A DNA stretch of 58,114 bases, the filler included, from Circinaria calcarea (Eukaryota), in the NCBI GenBank assembly GCA_051942165.1. It is 3 parts of 3 records of this genome, joined end to end, with 100 filler letters (N's around TTAATTAATTAA, not from the genome) between each part and the next. Parts side by side here need not be neighbours in the genome. Positions count along the whole stretch, not along the records: positions 19,476 to 38,756 come from JAVECS010000212.1; 2 more parts are not named here. One strand, written 5' to 3'. Positions 24,511 to 34,271 of the stretch are shown here, piece after piece (position 1 is the first letter of the stretch; every line of letters starts with the position of its first letter). A program made the translations under genes and the position numbers. The notes below the pieces were generated by a model that saw only the letters and a program-made list of their open reading frames with translations, ran no database searches and was not told where the DNA came from.

Positions 24511-25350
24511 ATGCCTGCTCCTACGGCTCTGCTCCGGCGCCCTGATGATTTGGCTGAAGCACTAGCAACACCACTACCCCAGGATGGTGTGTATGAAGCC
24601 GTGTGTGTAGAAAGAAAATGATGTTACTGGACTAATAGATTTCTTGTAGAAGATGATGACATCCTCGTTGATGCGACTAGCACAGTGGCTACAAGTAACT
24701 CGCCGAGTCTCCCAGTATCAATCCCGACAGATGACAACGAGATGCATGTGGATGAGGAGGGACGCCCCAGGTTTCCTCCTGCCAAAGATGTAGATGGGCC
24801 ACATCGGTCGGAGTCAAGAAAAGTCCCAATGCCTCCTCATCGGATGACACCTCTCAAGTCAGCATGGCCCAAGATCTACCCACCTCTTGTCGAACATCTG
24901 AAACTGCAAGTGCGCATGAATATCAAAAGTCGGGCGGTAGAAATGCGTACATCAAAATATACCACAGACTCTGGCGCACTGCAAAAAGGAGAAGACTTTG
25001 TGAAGGCGTTCAGTCTAGGTTTCGACGTCGATGATGCGATTGCACTACTTCGACTGGATGATTTGTACATCGAGACTTTCGAAATCAAGGACGTTAAAAC
25101 TCTAAACGGGGAGCATCTAGGGCGCGCTATCGGTCGAATAGCTGGAAAGGACGGAAAGACAAAATTCGCCATAGAGAACGCGAGCAAGACTCGAGTGGTT
25201 CTAGCCGATTCAAAAATACACATTCTAGGTGGCTTTAAGAATATTCATATAGCTCGGGAAGCAATTGTCAGTTTGATTCTTGGGAGTCCTCCCGGAAAAG
25301 TCTATGGCAACCTTCGCACTGTTGCCTCACGCATGAAGGAACGGTTTTAA
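24511..25350 (+). CDS. PNO1: Pre-rRNA-processing KH-domain protein Pno1/Dim2; exons 24511..24586, 24650..25350
   Basis: RKVPMPPHRMTPLK...IYPPLVEHLKLQVRMN...GRAIGRIAGKDGKTKFAIENAS...GSPPGKVYGNLRTVASRMKERF. Divergent from MDM31 with ~310 bp between them. Confidence 0.95.
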
Positions 25351-25647
25351 TGAGCATGATGCTGTGGATATTGCATTAGCGCGGAGTTCAAATCGCTCGG
25401 TTTAGGACAGACTGGGAGGGTTGATATGTTGCGATCACAAAAGTCCGAAAGCAAGGCTACGAAGACCTTCTTATTGCAAGCTTTGAGGAGACGCTGGAAG
25501 CTATGAGCGGGCATGAATGCATGGTCAGGAATGACCTTATAAATCTAATAGCCATGGGAACTCATGTGATACACATCACATTACCGTCGAAGGACTGTTT
25601 GAACATGCAGTGTTACTAAAACACGCAATTCGGCAGTATGTTCCCTG

Positions 25648-26485
25648 TTAATCCTTCTTCAAATCATCGTAGATCTCCTCAATCCCATCTTTCGTTATCA
25701 CCATCATCTGTAGTCCATCCCCAACCTCGATATGCCTTTCCACCGCGCTCGTAAAGGCATCCCTTACCAGTTGCTCCACCTCTTGTCTTGGTAAAGCTTC
25801 TGCCTTTCGCTGCTCCAACGCATGACCCTTTCCGCTTCCAGGAATGTATTGATTTTTATAGTTGACTTGGTTGTCCAGGAAAGGCATGATCAAACTCGCT
25901 GCAGCTCCTGCAGCTCTGCACTGTTCCCGCTCATACGATCCCACAGGATCGTAGCTATACAGCGCCCCTTTACCATCTTCGTCTAGACCTCCGAGAATCG
26001 CTGTGACGTAGTAGGGGAAGAAACGTTTCTGGTAGAGTATCGTCGATAACCGTTGCGCACATGCCTTGACTGACATCTTCTTGCCGTGCTGGTACCTGTA
26101 CATCTTGACGATAGCATCCAGACGTTCTTTCAGAGCTTGCCCATCTGCCGCGAAGCCTACAACCGACAAAACAATGTGAGCTCCAGCTCCAGTTTCATCG
26201 TCGCCTCCTATCCTGAAAACCTTTGGTGCATAACGGGTGTTGATATTGTAGCCTGAAGTTGATCGGGTGTCTCCAGCTAGAATGGCGAAGTCATTACCAG
26301 TGATACCCAAGGTTGATCCACCATTATCGGTATACCTAAGAGTGTCAGGCATAGCTCCGTAAGTAAGAAGCTAAAACTAACGGATAGAACCCATGTTGGC
26401 GTGGACCTGATGCGTTGGTAGCTTCAGAGAAGGAATAGCTAGGACCACCGGCTGACATAGGATTTGCAGTGAGTAGAGATGCCAT
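25648..26485 (-). CDS. PRE7: 20S proteasome subunit beta-6; exons 26485..26382, 26335..25648
   Basis: FYPYTDNGGSTLGITGNDFAILAGDTR...LSTILYQKRFFPYYV...YSYDPVGSYERE...AVERHIEVGDG...LKKD; canonical intron at 26381-26336. Confidence 0.95.
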
Positions 26486-26626
26486 CTTAGTGTTCAAGAG
26501 AATCGCGGAGAGTAGTGGGGAAGATATTGGGGTTAGAGATGGAAGATATCTATCAAACGATGAGAGCTGGTTGGTTTTCAGATCTGAATGCGGATGCTGT
26601 TCACGACTTCAGTTCCGTGACGCGGA

Positions 26627-26632
26627 AGCTCC
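26627..26632 (-). promoter_or_regulatory. GGAGCT element (in GGAGCTTC) ~140 nt upstream of the PRE7 ATG
   Basis: The same GGAGCT(TC) word occurs three times upstream of PRE4. It matches the hexamer I recall being reported upstream of filamentous-ascomycete proteasome genes. Confidence 0.4.
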
Positions 26633-26747
26633 TACCTAGCAATGTAGGGCTGAGCGGGCGCTAGAGCGTTATCCCGCGTCAATCCGATCACGGCGGGACC
26701 TCTCCCTTCAACATGCGCAATGCTGCTAAAGATCAACATCCCTTGCC

Positions 26748-27786
26748 ATGTCTGGCCTTGTGGGATATGATAGCAGTGATGGAGGAGAAGAGTCCAATGG
26801 CACAGAAGAGCCTCAAGTGAAAGTACCTATACTCCTATGCTGCAATTGGAGATCATAGAAAGTGGTCGCTAACCAGGTAGACACTAGGCTTCAACAGACC
26901 TTGATTCGATACACTCTCTTTCATCTAATGCTCAGGGTGAGATTAGGGCATCTCCTTACTAGGCAGCTTGCATTACTAATTACTCATAGCCCGGGTGCCA
27001 AACGGACACACAGAACTTGGAGCTGATGATATCTTAACAACTGGCCCAACACGATCCCAAGATGCCGACAATGGGAATTATATCGGTCCGTCATCCCAGT
27101 CGCTAAGTGCGCTGACGACTTTCGGAGGTGGATTGGTACCTCAGTCTCCGTACTCAGCCAACCGCGCAATGACCCGTGATCTCACTTTACCTACCATTCC
27201 CAACCTGGACATTCCCCCATCACCAACTGGATCGCCCCCTCCTGGAATAGATCAAAAGTTCAGCCACTTCCTCGAGCTCAAAAGGCAAGGAGTTCACTTT
27301 AATGAGAAGCTAGCTCGCTCATCGGCGCTGAAGAATCCGAGTCTCTTCATGAAATTGATGGATTTCGCAGGTATCGAGGAGGATGACCAATACACGACAA
27401 CACTCTCCGAGGGTCTATGGGATCCAACAGGATTTCCTCCTTGGGCTTATAAGGAAGAACTAGCCAAAAGTCAGCAACAAGTTTTAAAGCAGAAAGAGCA
27501 GGAGCGAGCACGAATCCAACGGGAGAGCATCGAGTTTTTATCTGCATCTGCTTCGGGAAATTCAAGTCGAGCAGCGACTCCTTCTGGACTCGGTGCAACA
27601 AAGGGCCTCAGGGGTAGTGCTTCGGAAAGGGTCATGGCTGGTCTGGATAGAGAACGACTGCGATCTCCCCAGATCTCTAATCTAGTTACAAGGAGCGGAG
27701 TTGAACGAAAAGGTGTAAGGGAGGGTAGCAGCTATCAAGCGCGGTCGAGATCTCCTAGCCGGCGGAAGCGATCAAGGTCGAGATGA
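26748..27786 (+). CDS. HCNGP / SAP30-binding-protein-like nuclear protein (5' exon boundaries approximate)
   Basis: Starts MSGLVGYDSSD; conserved block LDIPPSPTGSPPP...KFSHFLELKRQGVHFNEKLARSSALKNPSL...WDPTGFPPWAYKEEL; RS-rich tail. Divergent from PRE7. Confidence 0.8.
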
Positions 27787-27951
27787 TGACTACACTAACT
27801 ATATTTATCCTTTGTCCTATACAGCAAAGCCTCTTTGGCCCGTATCAAACGATAGGTCTACTATAGAATGCAATGGCATCTCCAATAGACCATTTTAGAT
27901 TCACGTGGCCAATCGTAAGTTATGTAGATCTACAAGGCTTAGCGCGAACCG

Positions 27952-28105
27952 TGGAGCTTCAACCGCGTACACCTTTGAAGCTCCAGTATATGAGAAGGAC
28001 ATACCGAACTAAGCACCAGCCCTGTCACACCATAACCGTCAACTTACATGAACTGCCGCAGCCTGGATTTATCAAACTCTGAGACTACCATCTTAACTGA
28101 GCTCC
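27952..28105. promoter_or_regulatory. Three GGAGCT elements upstream of PRE4, two of them forming an 11-bp perfect inverted repeat
   Basis: TGGAGCTTCAA (27952-27962), a 12-nt spacer, then TTGAAGCTCCA (27975-27985); a further AGCTCC at 28100-28105. Confidence 0.5.
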
Positions 28106-28130
28106 TTCTTCCCCTACCTTTGAATAAACC

Positions 28131-29038
28131 ATGAACCATCTTCCGCAAGCTTGGGGCCGAGTAGGTCAACAGCTCCCCTAGCCAGGGCTATCATGGCTAA
28201 AGCGAATACTATAGCCCCGGGATGATATATATGGACCTTACGATCCTTCATATCTCCACTCCACAGGTCCTAAGCAACATACGCAGTCCCCCATAGTAAC
28301 AGGAACCTCCGTCATCGCCGTCAAATTCAAAGACGGCGTCGTCATCGCCGCCGACAACCTTGGTGCGTACATACTCTCCAACTCATCCTACACTTCCCCT
28401 TATATACTGACCTCCTTTCCCCCCTTGCAGCATCCTACGGCTCCCTCGCCCGCTTCACCGACGTCAAGCGCCTCCGGCCTTTCAACGAGACCGCCATCGT
28501 CGGCGTCAGCGGCGACGTCTCGGACATGCAATACCTCGACCGCCTGCTACAGACCCTCTCCACGCGCGAAAACTACTCGTCCGCGGGCCACGGCCTCCAC
28601 GCCCGGAACCTGCACACCTACCTGGCCAAAGTCATGTACAAGCGCCGCTCGGACATCAACCCGCTCTGGAACCAGATCCTCGTCGCCGGCCTCGACGGCG
28701 ACGACAAGCCCTTCCTTAGCTCCGTGGATCTGCTGGGTACCACGTTTTCGGCGCCGACGCTGGCGACGGGCTTCGGCGCCCACTTGGCGCAGCCGCTGCT
28801 CAGGAAGCTGGTGGATGATGAGAGCAAGGTCGAGGGTGTGAGTCGGGAGCAGGCTGTTGAAGCGGTGAAGCAGTGCATGAAGGTTCTCTTTTATCGGGAC
28901 GCGAGGAGTTTGGATCAGTATAGTATTGCGGTTGTGACCAAGGAGGGTGGGGTGGAGCTGAAGGAGAATGAGCAGCTCGAGGGGCAGAGTTGGGCGTTTG
29001 CGGAGACGATCAAGGGGTACGGGACTCAGGTTGTGTAG
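28131..29038 (+). CDS. PRE4: 20S proteasome subunit beta-7; exons 28131..28160, 28215..28362, 28431..29038
   Basis: [43 protein letters not shown]...GDVSDMQYL...[13 protein letters not shown]...[15 protein letters not shown]...[11 protein letters not shown]...[15 protein letters not shown]; two canonical introns. Confidence 0.95.
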
Positions 29039-29654
29039 GGGAAGGTGGTGTGTACTTTGGGGGGGATCTTGTTGAGGATGGTGGTGACATGGCATTTTAA
29101 CCATCGAGGAATGGATCGTCGAAGAATTGATCGCTGAGGAACAATCATGTTTATCAACATGGCTGAAATCCATGCTTCGGACCAGGTGGCATGCTCCAGT
29201 ATCAGTCCTACCATCTACTTGTTTAACACGTTATGGGATTCACAAGACCTCCCTCTATTAGCGGTATGGTATACTTTTTTTTTTAAAAAAAAGCCTTTTG
29301 CATGTATCCGGCTCCCTGACATCTAGAGTAAAGTTCCCAAGGAAGCCCCAACCTCAGCATGTACCAAGCTCCCCGTGTATCATTCAGTCAAGAGGTATTA
29401 ACTCCACTAGCCAGGTGTAAAATCCCCTCCCCTCCCTATCTTAGCACGGTTCGTCTGAAATAGGGGTGAAATTCGTTGCCGGCCCAGGTGAATTTCGACA
29501 CCATCTGTATAAAGCTACTTTCAGTCAGGGTAATAGTGAATTCGTAGTGTAGTGGGACCAGCGTGTGTTGTGCAGCATTCCGAATCTGTATACGAATGCT
29601 TTTAGTGGGGACTTGGAGCGGAGTAAGTCCGTTAAAGAAAATATCCGCGCAGCC

Positions 29655-32600
29655 CTATTCCTCGCTCCCGTCGGTCATCTCCTCATCTCCCTCCGATGCC
29701 TCGAGATCGTCTTCGTCATCCATTTCATCGTCCCCACCGTCCCCTTTGAGGCCGTAATCATCCTGGAAGAACGCGAGGGTCTTGACTTCGGGGTTGAATC
29801 CCATGCCCTTGAATCCTTTGACGAGGTCCTGCTAGTGATCAGAAATGGAAGTCATGATCACAGAACGTAGGAAGACGACTTACCTCTTCCATAATCGGGG
29901 CACAGGTGACAAAGATGTTTGCCGTCTCCGGTTTGAAGGCCGGTAGGAGAATCTCTTCCATGACCTTCTTGATCTCGTCGACGCCCACACTCCTGATTTC
30001 TTTCAGAATAACATCGTTCCAGTCGTTTGGCAGTCCCCGGATGACTTGTCTGATGAAGCTGCCTTGTGCTGCTGTAGTCATCGTAGCCTGCGCGTTCGCG
30101 AATCCCAACACTATCGAACTAACTGCACCCTCTAGGGCTAGCGAATCGAAAGGTGTAGCACCAGATACAAAGTCTTCAACAACTTTCTTACTGGTTGCGA
30201 ACGCCTTGAAGGCATCCGGCGAGCGGTAGACATCAAAGGAGATCTGACCCGATTCTACCTGGCGCGAAAAACTTGTGCCGTATGCTAGGCCCGTTCCGCG
30301 GACAGCCGTCCAGAGGGGACCTTCAACTGCGTCTAGATATGACACTGCTACCATGAGAGCGGGGACCCGAGGGTCTTGGAGCGTCTCAGGACCTTTTGCT
30401 ATAGAGAGGCAAAAGGAGGAGTCAATGGTCGGCAACGGTATAATGTATGACAGTCCTCCTGGATTCAGGCCTGCCTTGCTGAGTCTTGATAACCGGGTAT
30501 CTAGAGGAGCTAGTGGTTTGCTGGTGTCAAGATCGGAGACGAGAAGATCCCAGGAAGAGACCGGCTTATCGATCTTCTCAACATTGGCAACGACAAGGAC
30601 ACGGAAATTTGGAAACTGGCAAAGAGCGTGGCGGATTTCTTCAAGTTGAGAGATTACTGTTTCCGGTTCGGAATCGAGAAGTCGTTTCACGCGCTTCAGA
30701 TAAAGGGCTTTAACCAGTGTACCTCGAGCTCGACCGATCGACTCAGGGGAAGCATGAACCATGATCTCCGCAGCAGATGTCATCTACCAATCTTAGTTAT
30801 CCGTTACGCATTACCAGGACTCGTAAATCTTACACTACTCCCACTTCTCTTCTCTTCAGGAACGTCTGCAAGCAGCTTGGCTGTCGTGGCTTTAATCCTC
30901 TGTTACGAATTAGTAGTGGAAAGTGAGCGGCGAAGAAGGCCCACAGTCATGTCAAAAACCCCATCCCAAAGTAAATCTCTGAGCCATCTAATCGCTGTTT
31001 GATATTTCTCGCTTTCCGCTTGGATTGTGATCTTCAGCATCTCGGGATTGCCGAGCTGCGTCGCGGTGTCGATACTGTAGCCGACCGTGTCCTTTTCAAG
31101 CTCCATTACCACCTGTTCAAATTCGATCTTCTTTCCATCTCGTATGATAGGCGCATTGAACAAATTCTCAATATAAATGGCAACTAATGGGCGAAGATGT
31201 ACTGGAATAGGCCCAGTCCCCAAAAGCAAGGTTAGGTGAACGAAGTTTGATTTCACATGCTCGAAGTGGATGAAGAGTGGTGACTCCGAATTGTCCTTGT
31301 CAATAATATGCTGTATAGGATTTTCAAGCTTTCCCATCCTACGTGCCACCCCTGCTCGGGCTGTGGTGGTCTTGATGAAATGGATGGAGCTGGTATCGGG
31401 CACTCCGAAGCGCTCAAGTAAGTCTCTGGGAATCTCCTTATCGTTCTCGGCTTTTGCAGCAGCCAGCTTCTTCTCAAGTTCTTTGAGTCCTGCTTCGCCT
31501 AATTTCTCTATCTGGGCAGCTATCCGATCCTTTTCTTCTTGTTTGAGCTGCTTAGACATCTTAGCAGAGGGTTTACCTAGTATAGAGACATGGGGCGCAT
31601 CCGATATCCACTTTCTTAAGAACTGCTTCCATTGGAACTCGGTCCATTTCTCCAGTTCGTCATATTCGTGGAGAGTCTCTAAATCTCTTAGCGTCGACCC
31701 GTCTCGATTACCAAACAAGAAGTCGCCGATAATTGAGTCGGTAAAGAATAATCCACTGTTTTCGGCATGGAACTTCACTTGCCGTCTTTCCCTGTGTACA
31801 CAGTCCATCATGTAAACCATGTCCAGATCCCTATCGGCGGTTTCATGCAGAACTTCGAAAAATCTTGCTTCAATTTGAGACAGCTTATCTGTGTCGACAC
31901 TGCTGAGCGTAAATTGAATGACAGTGTCGGGCCGAGACTCTTGCCCATAGTACACAGCACTTGCAAGTTGCTCTTTCTCGACTAATATATTTTCCAGGAC
32001 CGACGCAGATGATCCCGCCAGGTACGTTAGTAGAATGCTTAGTGCCGCCACTGTGTAATATAGTTATTATCTTGTTGCTCGAAAAAGGTATTCAGTTACT
32101 TACTTTGCAAGGTATCAGTGCAAGTGGGCCCGAAAAAGCTGATCATTATCTCGCCTGAAGACTCGTCCTCTTCTGGAAACTCCACTGTCTCAATCGAAGA
32201 GCTTTGAAGCGCCGGCGGCTGCTTAGACTCAGTCCAAGGTCTTTTGAAAGGTGCATCAGGTTTTGGGATGTCCTCCAAGATTGTTTCTTCAAAGTCATCC
32301 AGGATTTTCAATAGAGCAGTATGATCAACCTCACCAACGATAACAAGGCATAAATTCTTCGGCTGATACATCTCTCGATGAAATTGGCGTATACGATCTG
32401 CTGTGAGTACACGAAGATTCTCCATCATGCCCCCTGTCTCGTATCGGAAGCCGACCCCTTCAGGGTATAGCAACCGCTTCGATTTCAAATCCATGAGTTC
32501 ACCTTGATTGTTTTGCACGCCTTGCATCTCTGAGTACACAACACCAGCATCATGTCCGGTACCGTCAACATGATGTACCTCGGTATAGCATCCCGCATCT

Positions 32601-33001
32601 GTCAGTGTGGGAACGATGACATGCTCTAAGTAGACTGGTAGAATTTGAGCAAAACCTGCCCATCCAGCCGTATCCAGCGTATAAGCAGTATGGTCTGTTG
32701 CCGTCCATGCATTGGTATTCGAATACGCTCTGGTAGCCAGTCTATCGAGGAAACCTTTATATTTGTAGCTTTTTGATCCCATGAAACACAAATGCTCTAA
32801 AGTATGTGGGGCACCAGAATCATCATGAATCTCTGTGGCGAGAGCAAAGAAGCCCAAGACTTTTGGGCTTTTTTGGTCAACGACTACCACTTGCATACCC
32901 GTCCTCTCGGAGACATACTGGGACAGTACATCTGGAGAGTACTCGATACCAAACTTTTGTATGGTTCGGAAATAGCTGCTTCGAGTAGCCGAAGGCATCA
33001 T
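29655..33001 (-). CDS. M16-family zinc metalloprotease (YOL098C/Sdd3-like, ~1047 aa); exons 33001..32104, 32050..30945, 30899..30834, 30783..29884, 29828..29655
   Basis: Inverted zinc motif HTLEH in DDSGAPHTLEHLCFMGS; TNAWTATDHTAY, GVVYSEMQG, YETGG and EGPLWTAVRGTGLAYG; acidic C-terminal tail. Four canonical introns keep the frame. Confidence 0.9.
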
Positions 33002-33770
33002 GGGTATCACGGCCCGTGAGGCTGGTGAGAGAGAGATGGCTTTGAGTATCGAACAAAAGATCGTCTGCCAGGAATAGCTCGCCCTTTTAACTCATTGTTA
33101 GCTGATGTCCGACTGGGACTCAGCCGCATAGAATAAGCTTCGTGCTCCACAGAAAACACTCTGCAGCCTCAGGCCGGCCTTATCAGACCCACCGGACTGA
33201 CATACCAATATAGAAAGACAGAGGAAGTAACTATGAGTAGCGGGAAAACAAGGAACAGTAAGTAACTTTGACGTATTGTTCCCATGCTGGGTACGGGACA
33301 GAATTGTTGAAGACCAGATGATTATAAAAATGAGTTGATTGTGCTTTGATTTCACTTCTTGTGCGACATATAGAAAGGTGCCAATCTGCAGGAAGCCGTC
33401 GCGTCGTACAAGGACTTACCTAAATATGAGTCTCGAAATGAGTGTGAAGCCGCCCTACTCGGTGGAGATCTTGGCATCAAAAGACGATGGAAATGTTCCA
33501 CGCGCTTACCATAGCCGGGGCTCGCCCAAGGCGCGCCGCCTTTAGCGCCCGAGCAAGGCGCACTCAATATAGCCATCAGAAAACCGCGTCCTCTCCTTTT
33601 GGATTTACAATCATGAAAATACATAAAGGGTGAGAGGGTAATACAGGCTGAGGGAAAACAAACAGAGGAATGGTACAGCAAAATGTTTACGAATAATAAA
33701 AAGGGGCATTATTCATATAGTATATCTGTGCATCTGAAGCTCACTACGTTATGTCTATGAAAATTTTGGC

Positions 33771-33920
33771 AGTGTACACTACTGGTACAGTTGTGGAACT
33801 GCCACACTATATTGTCGGTGCAATTTGCAGTTCCACACTGCCATAACAGTATGGTGTGGGCTCTATACTGCACCGGCAGTGTCAATATAGCCTCCACACT
33901 GCACTATTGACACCACTGCC
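33771..33920. repeat. Cluster of short inverted repeats/hairpins built on CACACTGC-like words
   Basis: Palindrome AGTGTACACT (33771-33780); 11-bp perfect IR TGTGGAACTGC/GCAGTTCCACA (33792-33802, 33827-33837); CAGTAT/ATACTG (33847-33870); imperfect GGCAGTGTCAATATAG/CTATTGACACCACTGCC (33875-33920). Confidence 0.55.
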
Positions 33921-34271
33921 AGCGTTGTACTGGACAAGATAGGCGCACTCATCTCTCATACTTTTGTCCTTTTCTGCAGGGACGATAACTTGCTGGTCCC
34001 ATTGTTAAGGCTGCACCATGGACCAATGAAGCCAAGTTACGGAATAGGTTTGATTCACATTTAGAAAAATCCTAGGTAAGACGCGAATCGGTCCTAACTA
34101 GGCTAGCCCGATTGCCAAGCAATGCGAGGCACGGCGACAATAGTCATGGATGTTAATTGTGCGACAAGGCCTGAAAGAGATCCCAAGACCGAACGATTTC
34201 TGATAATCGTTGATGCCACCGAAAGTTCTGTTGAAGGTAGGAGCAGTGCCCTATCTGAGATGCTCAGTAAA

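Noticed and set aside
28547..29173. 208-aa antisense ORF over PRE4 (likewise 51790..52596 over NPA3 and 31270..31815 over the M16 gene)
   Set aside because: Shadow ORFs produced by codon bias of the real genes on the opposite strand.
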